This document shows positions 53,454 to 61,921 of a stretch of DNA of 64,000 bases, piece after piece. The position numbers were made by a program, and so were the translations under genes. The notes below the pieces were generated by a model. The model saw nothing but the letters and a program-made list of their open reading frames with translations, searched no databases and was not told the DNA's origin. The DNA is from Methanomicrobiales archaeon (GTDB lineage: Archaea; Halobacteriota; Methanomicrobia; Methanomicrobiales; Methanospirillaceae). The DNA lies in assembly GCA_037137755.1 (NCBI GenBank), contig JBAXJR010000006.1:19653-83652 (forward strand), given 5' to 3'. The first letter of the stretch is position 1; every line of letters begins with the position of its first letter.

Positions 53454-53847
53454 GTTTCCTCGCTCGCTCCGCTCCGGCTCCGGGCCGCGTCACCTTCACA
53501 TCATGCCCTTGTTTTTCATACTGCATCGGGGGGAATGACGGCCATAACTTCGTCGCGTACTCCTCGTTATCGCCTGTTACGTTTTGATGCCGACCGAACT
53601 GATGTTCCATCGTCCTCAAAATGGGGCCATTGATATGCCCCCACAACATGCTTTCCGCAATCACTTGCCGGTTCTCTATGCCCGAAGCGCATGGCGCCAC
53701 CTGCGACGGGCCGATAAAACAAGATAGATTTGGGACAGGGAGCACCGGAGTCAGCGACGAGGCACCCGGTTACCGAGCGCGAGCGAGGTCGAGGTGCCGA
53801 GGAGCGACATCATAACAAGGAATAAGAACCCGAAGGGGTGGCGCTCG
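53454..53847 (+). repeat. Structured non-coding element, copy 1 (inverted homolog of 56118-56614)
   Basis: Colinear blocks shared with the reverse complement of 56118-56614, including a 40/41-nt match (53536-53576 vs 56491-56531). Confidence 0.85.
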
Positions 53848-53990
53848 AAGGCCGGGCCTTCAGGGCCGGACCGTGCGACGCCCCGCAGGGAAAAATTTAC
53901 TCCTGGTAGTTAATCTGATAAGAAAAGGGATGCAATAGTTAAACCGATCGTGGCCGGTATGTTTGTGTGGGTCACTTCGACCGGCTGCGA

Positions 53991-54176
53991 TTATTTGTTT
54001 CTGTTCTCTTTGATAAATTCGGTAAGGTCCTCTTCACTGACACGCCACTCCATCCCGATTTTTATAGCACCCATCCGCTTTTTTAGAATTAGATTCCGGA
54101 CGGTCTGGGGGTGAAGGTGCAGCATTGCGGCCACTTCTTCTGTCGTATAAAATGTATGAGGTGGGGTTTTAGCCAT
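53991..54176 (-). CDS. Excisionase-like helix-turn-helix protein (HTH_17)
   Basis: YTTEEVAAMLHLHPQTVRNLI...AIKIGMEWRVSEEDL. Confidence 0.85.
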   Translation of the reverse strand: MAKTPPHTFYTTEEVAAMLHLHPQTVRNLILKKRMGAIKIGMEWRVSEEDLTEFIKENRNK

Positions 54177-54182
54177 TAGTAC

Positions 54183-54623
54183 TCAGTCCTCCCCTGGCAG
54201 CATAACTGTTATGACCGGTTAGCCGTCGTCACCTGGTCCGCAGACTGCTTTGAGTTCGACGGTTTCACCACCCCGGTGATGTATAATTCCGGTGGCCCGG
54301 GCCCTCTCCCGCAGGAGTTCAAAGGCCACCCGGAATATGATAACACTACTGCTGCGTGACCTGTTTGCTGACATCCGCAGCATCCAGAGCAGGTCCCACA
54401 GCCTGCCGGTCAGGTCCTGGTCTGGCATCTCGGGAAGATACGAGGGTTCGATGTACTGGTACCACGCGGCCCGGGTGAATGCGACCGGGACCGAGATCCC
54501 GGCCTGCCGGGTGAGCCCCTCGGGTGCTGCGATCAGTTCGCCATCATTCAGGGCATCGGCCCGGGTATACCTACTGATAATATCCTCCTCGGTCCAGAAT
54601 GGAATGGGGGTTGAGGTAGTCAT
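54183..54623 (-). pseudogene. DUF6573-like protein with premature TAA at 54219-54221
   Basis: ISRYTRADALNDGEL...PVAFTRAAW...GRLWDLLW...KAVCGPGDDG*PVITVMLPGED*; the family-type tail continues past the stop. Confidence 0.7.
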
Positions 54624-54832
54624 ACCCGACCACCCCGGAGACGTGGTTTCCCGTTTGTAAACCCGGGACGGATAACTATCTCATTGGATGCCACCTTCGA
54701 CCACATCCAGCCCATATTATGATTATGTGCATAAACAGCCGCGAAATCAACTGCAGCACCATGATCGATGCATTCCGCGATGAGCTGGGCCCCTGTCCCT
54801 CTATTGACAAAAATTTTGTATTCCATCACCAA
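54620..54832 (-). CDS. Small hypothetical protein
   Basis: ATGA overlap with the downstream gene; part of a coupled minus-strand operon. Confidence 0.6.
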   Translation of the reverse strand: MVMEYKIFVNRGTGAQLIAECIDHGAAVDFAAVYAHNHNMGWMWSKVASNEIVIRPGFTNGKPRLRGGRV

Positions 54833-55068
54833 TCACTCCCGTCTGATGGCCACTGGCCGTCAATCTCATCAACTTCAATCGCGTCGAGGTCCTCAATTGT
54901 GATCGTGCCGTCGCGGATCTGATCCTGGACACATTCAATGGCCGACTTATCGATGTCGGCAAAGACTGACACCAAGGCAGAGATCCTGACCATGAGCGGC
55001 TCCTCCTGGTCTGGTGGCTGGAGCCATTCCTCATGGGCACGTTGCCACCCGGGAGGGAGGTCGTTCAT
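54826..55068 (-). CDS. Small acidic hypothetical protein
   Basis: 80 aa, D/E-rich; abuts both neighbours; GAGGTG SD upstream. Confidence 0.65.
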   Translation of the reverse strand: MNDLPPGWQRAHEEWLQPPDQEEPLMVRISALVSVFADIDKSAIECVQDQIRDGTITIEDLDAIEVDEIDGQWPSDGSDW

Positions 55069-55287
55069 TTATGCCACCTCCGTGATTAATGCTCCAAAGT
55101 CCAGCAACCCCGACTGGGTCTGCACCAGGACCATGTCTCCTTCAAAGATGATCCGGTCGTTGCCTTCGCGCCAGCCTTCGACAACTTTCACCGCGTGGGC
55201 TCTTGCTTGTTCCCGGGTCTGGAAGGTGTGGGGGTCTTTCCCCTCCCCTTTCACCAGGTCAACCTCATAGACAACGAACGACATCAA
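55069..55287 (-). CDS. Small hypothetical protein
   Basis: 72 aa; its stop directly abuts the next start and its start overlaps the upstream stop. Confidence 0.65.
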   Translation of the reverse strand: MMSFVVYEVDLVKGEGKDPHTFQTREQARAHAVKVVEGWREGNDRIIFEGDMVLVQTQSGLLDFGALITEVA

Positions 55288-55574
55288 AGATCACTCCTGA
55301 CAATCCCCATGCATGGGCTCATCGACAAGCAGCGCTTAATGGTTACGTGCTTTCCACATGCTCCATTCCAGTCAATTGTGTTTTTTGTATGGTACCAGCG
55401 GCACCCGATGCACCGGTCCCCGATCTCAACATCACAACCGAGGCCGATCTCCATCTCCTCGGCCTGATATGCAAGATCCTGCGCATCGAACTCAATCGCA
55501 GCAGCCTGTTGGTACAACCTGGCTGATTCTATCCTGAGACCTGCGATGATTGAGGCCTGCGGTTCGGTGATCAT
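55284..55574 (-). CDS. Small Cys-rich hypothetical protein (possible Zn/Fe-binding)
   Basis: Start at MITEPQ (ATGA overlap with 55571-55975); helical N-terminus, then CIGCRWY...GAC...C...C. Confidence 0.6.
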   Translation of the reverse strand: MITEPQASIIAGLRIESARLYQQAAAIEFDAQDLAYQAEEMEIGLGCDVEIGDRCIGCRWYHTKNTIDWNGACGKHVTIKRCLSMSPCMGIVRSDL

Positions 55575-55975
55575 GCGGGCACCCCCTGGGGGGTTGCTTG
55601 CGCTGTTGCTCCCGAGGTGAATGGTTCCCAGCTGATCGTCGAGATGTTCGCGAACTTCCGCGATCCTGTGACGGTTGCCCGCAGGTGGGAGAGTGGAGAA
55701 ATGTATCTCCGGCCTTGGATCTGGTACATCACAGCACGGCCGGATCCATTGATCCACGCCTGGCCTGCTTCGGTCGGTTCTCCGGACCCGGCCCAGACTG
55801 GCGTCATATCCCAGACCGTCACGCGGGCCTGTTCATCGACCAGGCGCGAAACATCCGAGCGGGCGATCGCCGCCTGGATTATTTTTACATCTATTCTCAA
55901 CATGCCGCCGGACAGTTTCACGGTCCCGACGTGCTCAATTTTGGTTTCCAGTGTGTGGGTCACTCCTTTCACCAC
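55571..55975 (-). CDS. Hypothetical protein, first gene of small-ORF operon
   Basis: 134 aa; TATA-like CTTATAG about 25 nt upstream on the minus strand suggests a near-leaderless transcript. Confidence 0.65.
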   Translation of the reverse strand: MVKGVTHTLETKIEHVGTVKLSGGMLRIDVKIIQAAIARSDVSRLVDEQARVTVWDMTPVWAGSGEPTEAGQAWINGSGRAVMYQIQGRRYISPLSHLRATVTGSRKFANISTISWEPFTSGATAQATPQGVPA

Positions 55976-56117
55976 ATATAATATTAGCGTGTGAAGCTAT
56001 AAGGCAGCGCCATGTGCGGTGTGAAAGTGTATGATGTTATTTCGCAGCGTTTGACATCATATAATAAAACCAGTGGTCGCCCTTCGGGAAGGCCCACTGC
56101 CGGCCTCCGGCCGTCTC

Positions 56118-56614
56118 CGAGGGCCATCCCTTCGGGTATGTTGTCCTGGTGTCACGCTGTCGCTCCTTGCTCCTGGTTACGTCGCTCCGCTCCGACCAGG
56201 AACTTCGTCGCTGGTTGTTGTTGTCCTGGTGCCGGTTGGAATATTGCAGGACTCAAACACGATGCCGCTCCTCGGCACCTCGACCTCGCTCCGCTTGGTA
56301 ACCGGGTGCCTCGTCGCTGTCCTGGGTACTCCCTGTCCCAACCCTATCTTGTTTCGTCGGGCTGTCGCAGGTGACACGACCTCAGTCGGGTCTCGGCCTC
56401 CATAAGTAGCTCGCAAGCGGTAGCGGAAAGCGGGCGATATTGCTTACCGCGAAGGCAACGAGTCATCAGACCCGGTTGCCCGCGAGATGGCAGGCGATAA
56501 CGAGGAGTTCGCGACGAAGTTATGGCCGTCAGTATCACCCCGATACATTCTGAAAAACCAGGGCATGATGTGAACGAAGGAGGCCCGGAGCGGAACGAAG
56601 AGGAGTGAGGAAAC
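56118..56614 (-). repeat. Structured non-coding element, copy 2 (inverted homolog of 53454-53847, with an extra hairpin module)
   Basis: Blocks 56491-56614, 56261-56373 and 56118-56137 match 53454-53576, 53698-53811 and 53828-53847 in reverse complement. Confidence 0.85.
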
Positions 56615-56783
56615 GACGGAGTGAACTTGATGCCCAGTTGAAAGCACCGGTTAACTGCAGAACTAAAGACTTAGGCTAGTTCCGGCTAAAATAAGCCTTT
56701 TTCGTTGATAATCAATCCCGTTATTTTATTCGCCATTTATTCACCACATTCGCCATTTATTCATCATATTTACATCATATACG

Positions 56784-58121
56784 TCATCCTTGACGAGACA
56801 ATGTATAATAAGCGTCTTTTCTCTTACCAACCATTTCAAGGATATTTCGTGAAACAAGATCCTTGAGATCCCGTTGTGCTGTCGAACCGGATACCTTCAA
56901 AATCCGCTGGTAATCCGCGTTAGTAATTTTCCCGTTCTCTTTTGCATAGAGCACCGCTGATATCTGCCGCTCTGATAGTCCGGCCCGTACAAGGTAATCC
57001 CGGTTAAATACATCTTTCCGGAATTTTACCGAGAATCCCTGGTCTTCTTGGAATACTGGTTCGGGTATTCCAGCCTCGAGACTGGCACTCCGCATTTTCT
57101 GGATTCCACCACCCCACCGTTCAATCCAACCGATATCATAGAGTACTTGAGCGATTCCCTTGTTTCGCAGAACTGATGCGTGCGAGATAAACAGCTCGGG
57201 TAATGTGATGCCTGATGCCAGCCGACCGGGGCTCCAGACCTTCAGGGAATCCCTGAGTATTCGGATTTCAACAACGGAACTGATGGTGTAATCACGATGA
57301 CAAATCGCATTTATGACTGCTTCACGGAGAGCCTCAACCGGGTAATCCCAGACCTGTTTGCGCTCAGGTTCACCGGTCATCACAAATGCGACCCGGATAT
57401 TCTTTCGAATGAATTCCATGGAACCATTGACCTGTTCGATTATCGTGCCGGTCACCATGCGGTCATCCAATACACTAATCTCATCAACACCAAATAGCCC
57501 GCAGTGCATGGATGCCTGTGACAGAAATCGCTGTGGGTCTGTTCCAAAGAGGAGGAGTGCGGCCCATGTCGGCTTATTGTCCTGGACCAATCCGATCTTT
57601 TCAAGGACGTTTTGTGGGGATTCATCAGGTGAGATATTCCGTCTCCCCGTCTCATTTGCTTTTTTAATGTAATCGGCGACTTTTATCAAGTCAAGGTCCG
57701 CTAGTGTAGTTTTCGATGCGGGTGTCAAGTCCCAGCTGCTGCCAATGGACTGAAGATGTAGCTCCGCGATCTCGTGGGGTTGCATCGCCCGGTTGCTGGT
57801 GCCGACGCGGCGATAGCACCTGCCCCTGACGGATACAGGTTTGAGCGGGTTTTCTTTAATATGGATTGCTACCACGGGTTTTCCTTCGCAGGGGATCTCC
57901 TCAATCTCCGGAATCAAACGTGGTTCGGTGCTCTGTGAAATGGTATTGGCCCACTCTTTGAGGGATTCGTTACCGATTAGTGTCCCGATAATATTTCCAC
58001 GATCGGTTATTCCAATAAAAATTGTACCGCCCCTGGTATTTGCGAAGGCACCGGCTGTTACGACTGCATCCCGATCGAAGGATTCTTTGAATTCAACCTT
58101 ATCGGATTCATGGGGGGTCAT
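56784..58121 (-). CDS. Schlafen AlbA_2 domain protein with HATPase_c_4 (RecG-C-like) and wHTH domains
   Basis: ESDKVEFKES, AFANTRGGTIFIGITD, YPVEALREAVINAICHRDY, SVLRNKGIA and IERWGGGI; C-terminal HTH (STAQRDLKDLV). Confidence 0.88.
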   Translation of the reverse strand: MTPHESDKVEFKESFDRDAVVTAGAFANTRGGTIFIGITDRGNIIGTLIGNESLKEWANTISQSTEPRLIPEIEEIPCEGKPVVAIHIKENPLKPVSVRGRCYRRVGTSNRAMQPHEIAELHLQSIGSSWDLTPASKTTLADLDLIKVADYIKKANETGRRNISPDESPQNVLEKIGLVQDNKPTWAALLLFGTDPQRFLSQASMHCGLFGVDEISVLDDRMVTGTIIEQVNGSMEFIRKNIRVAFVMTGEPERKQVWDYPVEALREAVINAICHRDYTISSVVEIRILRDSLKVWSPGRLASGITLPELFISHASVLRNKGIAQVLYDIGWIERWGGGIQKMRSASLEAGIPEPVFQEDQGFSVKFRKDVFNRDYLVRAGLSERQISAVLYAKENGKITNADYQRILKVSGSTAQRDLKDLVSRNILEMVGKRKDAYYTLSRQG

Positions 58122-59064
58122 GAGCGTAGAGCCTCAGATCTTTGTAATTAGTTAGGTTTCTCTTCCTTTTTCTTGTTGTGGTATATCGGATGGAAATGTT
58201 GGTGTGATATAACATGTTGTGTCCCTAAAAGTTGGGGATCTAGAATTTTATTACATTATTACTCGATGAATTGGAAGAAAGCCGACCTCAGTTAGTCCGA
58301 GTAACATTGGTTATCCTGACCTCCGCTTTTTGATTTCGCCGGGCGAAATTCTTTCGCGTAGCCGAACTATTGTGGACAGGAGGCACCGGTGGTGTGGCCC
58401 CGCCCGTGTTAGGCTTAGTATGGAGGGGTTTGCCCGACCGGCTGGGGACCGGTGGTCCCCAAAGAGGTTTTGACACCGTTAAAAACTTATGGCCTTCAGT
58501 TTTGTGTCTATCTCACCGAGAATATTCTGGATATCCATTTCCCTGCAAGCAGACACGGCTTTTATAAAATAAAAGAATGCACTTTTCCAGTCACCCAAAA
58601 ATTCGACAAAACAACCCAAATTACACCCGGATTACTTTAAACGCCTTAAAATTTAGGTAATATTACCCCACCCCAACCATTTAACCCCGCTCTCGTTCGT
58701 TTATTGAGGCCGCATTTGCCTCTGATTCTCTCAAGTAACAAATACGCTTAATTTAAGCGATATTACCCGAATCCCCCGATATATGACCTTTATTTGGGTT
58801 TTACCCTTTTCCAAGTATTCATAAATAGCCCCGTTTAACGCAGTATTTGCCTTTTGCTTCCTGATTATCAATGTCGCAAAGACTACCAAAAAAACAGAAA
58901 ATAAAGTAGTTGCATCCGGGTGAGTGAAAGCAAAAGAGTGGTGGGTAAACCCACCATCTGTCTACCCTGCTGGCCCCCGAAGGGACACTCCCACCCTTTC
59001 GCAAATTAGTATCAGCACCTGAGAAATCGTAGCCCAGGAAAAATTTAGGTACGGGAAAAAAGAT

Positions 59065-59424
59065 CTATTGATTTACATCTGGTGGATTTTTTCTGCCTGC
59101 TACTTTTAAGGCATATATCAGGCCAATCGCAACAAGAAATGCTAAACCCGTCCCCCCTACAATCGCAAGAATTCCCCCCGTAGAACCCCATCCCTCCCCA
59201 AGAGAATAGTCCGGCATCGGAGCTGAATATGCGAACTTACCCGCCATACTCTCCTGTATTTCAGCATCGGGGGGTGTAGGGCCTGTCAGAGTTTTCCCTC
59301 CCTGGATGATCAGTGCCGTGCTTTCCAGGCCATCCGGATCGCTTGATGCCATGAATACTGCCACAACCCCAATGAGGATCGCAATGACAAGACCCCCGAT
59401 TATCAAGGATTTATTGTCTATCAT
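59065..59424 (-). CDS. PDGLE-domain Co/Ni ECF transporter accessory protein (NikN/CbiN-like)
   Basis: ASSDPDGLE and APMPDYS motifs; two TM helices; overlaps the cbiM stop. Confidence 0.88.
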   Translation of the reverse strand: MIDNKSLIIGGLVIAILIGVVAVFMASSDPDGLESTALIIQGGKTLTGPTPPDAEIQESMAGKFAYSAPMPDYSLGEGWGSTGGILAIVGGTGLAFLVAIGLIYALKVAGRKNPPDVNQ

Positions 59425-60074
59425 GAAACAGCACCCGCCTTCGCCGGTAATACACCTTGATCCACCATATCGGGTCGGACATTCATAATCAGGTAAATCG
59501 CAGCAACGGTGATAACCCCTTCAACAACTCCAATAATTGCATGATACAACCCCATCGCGATCATACCTGTTTCAAGCGGGAATGTTCCTGCAAGCCATAG
59601 TTCAATAGATGCACAGAGTGCGGGAATTAAACAGGCAAGCCACGCAGCGATGAATGCAGAGAACGGCATGCTTCCGGTAGCTGCTTTAAGTCCTTTGAAG
59701 CTGTAGAATCCAACGAAACCACCGACTACCCCCATGTTGAGGATGTTTGCCCCCATCGTCGTGATCCCGCCATCCCCAAACATGACTCCCTGGACAATCA
59801 ACACCAGTGTAAGGATGAATACTGCGGCAAACGGTGATCCAAGGACAATCGCCACTAGTGCCCCACCCACCAGGTGCCCGCTCGTCCCCATCGAAACGGG
59901 AAGGTTAAAAGACTGGAGTGCGAAGATACCGGCCGCCAGTACTGCAACCAGGGGTAATTTTTCCTCGTTCAATTCATTCTTTGCCCACCGAAGGGAGAGA
60001 TACACAAAGACCAGGGCTATAATCCAGTAGATTGCGCCCTGCCATATCGGAATAAATGCATCAGGTATGTGCAA
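59421..60074 (-). CDS. cbiM: Cobalt/nickel ECF transporter substrate-binding subunit CbiM/NikM
   Basis: Metal-binding N-terminus MHIPD (TTG start), GTSGHLVGG and GDGGITTMGAN. Confidence 0.93.
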   Translation of the reverse strand: MHIPDAFIPIWQGAIYWIIALVFVYLSLRWAKNELNEEKLPLVAVLAAGIFALQSFNLPVSMGTSGHLVGGALVAIVLGSPFAAVFILTLVLIVQGVMFGDGGITTMGANILNMGVVGGFVGFYSFKGLKAATGSMPFSAFIAAWLACLIPALCASIELWLAGTFPLETGMIAMGLYHAIIGVVEGVITVAAIYLIMNVRPDMVDQGVLPAKAGAVS

Positions 60075-60089
60075 CGATTACACCTCATC

Positions 60090-60114
60090 ATACTATTATA
60101 TAATTTCGTAGCAC
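60090..60114. promoter_or_regulatory. Candidate NikR-type operator
   Basis: Imperfect inverted repeat ATACTA-N13-TAGCAC immediately upstream of cbiM. Confidence 0.35.
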
Positions 60115-60211
60115 TTCTAGTGTAAAAAAGATTATGATTTAATATTTATTAAGTAAATAATAAAATATCGTATGGGTTAATAAACGATTTGACGGCAAAT
60201 GAGAAAAATGG

Positions 60212-60415
60212 TTAGATTGTGGTGGTAAACGAGCTCCACCTCACCCGCCCATTCACCACAAAGTTACCCGCAGCCCCAACCTTCTCCGAGGTCGAATGAA
60301 CATACCCGAGTGCCGTAGTATTACCAATCCCAATCAGAGATCGTGATCCCGCAGCAAAGCTTCCATAACCACTACCTGATGATGAAACATCCATTCAAGT
60401 TCTATCTGGTTTATA
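60212..60415 (-). pseudogene. Decayed 3' fragment of a paralog of 61922-62680
   Basis: KPDRT*MDVSSSGSGYGSFAAGSRSLIGIGNTTALGYVH...WSSF aligns without gaps to QPDSMVMNMDATGHGSGMFSVGSRSLIGIGNTSALGYVH...WSSF. Confidence 0.8.
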
Positions 60416-60480
60416 TCGATCAACCAGGAATTCATTAAAGAACCTAACCTTTATCGTCCAGACAATCGTTGTAGGTTATA

Positions 60481-61365
60481 ATGGGGAAAATTTTCTTAAT
60501 TCTGCTTCTTGTTATTTTTATTTCTCTAATGGGTTGTACTACAACCCCTCCACATATTGCCGGAAATAACAGTGCATTATCTCCAAATAACTCAATTTTA
60601 AAAAATTCAACCCCAGCACAGGAAATTTCCGACAAGGTTATCGCCCACGAAGAATCGTACAAATTATATTCAACAAACGGAACTGTCACTATACTCCGGA
60701 CAGGCACACCCCGGTCTTACTCGTTCACGCTTTATGCACAACGGCCTGATCACTATTACCTGAGCTGGGCGGATGCAAATGGGAATATCACCGATATTTT
60801 CATCACAACCGGATTGGACGAATATATTATTCATTCTTCATTCAATGAGACCCAGCATTTTCAAAAAGGTTTTGAACACTCCACAAAATATGATACGCCA
60901 CGACCCCCACCGTCGTATGATCGGGGATATGATATCCTGGAGCTGGTAACTTCTCCCTTACGGGAAGGAAGGGATAATAGTACCCGGAATCTTTCTGCAG
61001 AAGGAGGTGACGAATATTCCGTTGTTTTTTCTGCCGGTTCGTTCGACGGGGCACTCCGGCTCATTATCCACATGACCGTCAACCGTTCGGATTATTCTGT
61101 TAAAGAAGTTGCAATTAACGGGCCGGAGGATAATCCTTTGATGGAGATTACATTTAACGATATAGAAACCCCCTCCCAATTCCCGGGAACACGTTTCGAA
61201 TTGCCTCCCGGATCCGGACCTGTCATCGACCATGATGTTACGGGATATACATCGCCACTTTATCCTATATTTGATTCACCACCGGCCGTTATCTACCCCT
61301 ACCGGGTTTCAACTTTTATAACGACCCCATCCACCCCCTCTACGACATCGGTTCCCCGGATCTAA
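60481..61365 (+). CDS. Putative lipoprotein (LolA-like fold possible)
   Basis: Lipobox-like SLMGC after a hydrophobic signal; AQRPDHYYL and EITFNDIE...FELPPG resemble LolA-like proteins. Confidence 0.65.
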   Translation: MGKIFLILLLVIFISLMGCTTTPPHIAGNNSALSPNNSILKNSTPAQEISDKVIAHEESYKLYSTNGTVTILRTGTPRSYSFTLYAQRPDHYYLSWADANGNITDIFITTGLDEYIIHSSFNETQHFQKGFEHSTKYDTPRPPPSYDRGYDILELVTSPLREGRDNSTRNLSAEGGDEYSVVFSAGSFDGALRLIIHMTVNRSDYSVKEVAINGPEDNPLMEITFNDIETPSQFPGTRFELPPGSGPVIDHDVTGYTSPLYPIFDSPPAVIYPYRVSTFITTPSTPSTTSVPRI

Positions 61366-61417
61366 CAGATATTATATGGTATAAGAAAAAAAGTAATTTA
61401 ATCTGGAAATTGAGTCT

Positions 61418-61825
61418 ATGAATCAGTATTTGAGAGATCTTGGAATAGTATTGCTGATTGTTTTCATCCTGTGGAATATTATTTCCGTATTTCTTGCACT
61501 TAGTGGTTGTCCAACCTCGTATGCGATTCATAAACTCTCATACAACCCGGAAGGAACTGATTTCCAACAAGCGAACGTCATCCACATTACCAAAAGGGAT
61601 ATTTTTCTGCATCCAGGGGTAGTGGATGCTCTCAAAAATGGAAAGTCAATAATTATTCCTACCGGCATGTCGTTATCAGATGTTATTCCAGGAGATTTTT
61701 TTGGCTCGAACTTCGCCAGAACCCGGGTTCCGATATGGGATCGGGGATATCTGGAGAATAACCATAACAAAATATGGGAATACAATGGTTCTTACTTTGA
61801 ATTCGTAACAACACAGTGTGGGTAA
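61418..61825 (+). CDS. Hypothetical membrane-anchored/secreted protein
   Basis: N-terminal hydrophobic helix ending in LSGC; low GC. Confidence 0.65.
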   Translation: MNQYLRDLGIVLLIVFILWNIISVFLALSGCPTSYAIHKLSYNPEGTDFQQANVIHITKRDIFLHPGVVDALKNGKSIIIPTGMSLSDVIPGDFFGSNFARTRVPIWDRGYLENNHNKIWEYNGSYFEFVTTQCG

Positions 61826-61921
61826 TAACAGAATTTCTTATTCTCACACCCGTTTATCCGGTTCTTTCAAGATTTAGTTAATAATTAAAATTGAGATTGC
61901 TTAAAAAATGAATTTTTAAAA

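Larger units (their letters stand above)
53200..58800. mobile_element. Putative integrated mobile-element remnant (plasmid/ICE/provirus-like island); boundaries approximate
   Basis: Excisionase-like HTH, DUF6573-like gene, coupled small ORFs, GC-rich hairpin tracts, an AlbA_2 gene and AT-rich flanks. No integrase or att site seen. Confidence 0.55.

Noticed and set aside
53180-53815. Short ORFs over the left structured element (and 56012-56647 over the right)
   Set aside because: They are Arg/Pro/Ser-rich shadow translations of GC-rich hairpin DNA; reading frames are not maintained between the two homologous copies.
56440-56475. CTGATGA on the minus strand suggesting a hammerhead ribozyme
   Set aside because: There is no correctly placed GAAA after a stem II, and the homologous copy reads CTGATGT.
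56728-56763. 16-bp direct repeat ATTCGCCATTTATTCA with period 20
   Set aside because: Only two copies and no spacers; not CRISPR, probably local slippage.
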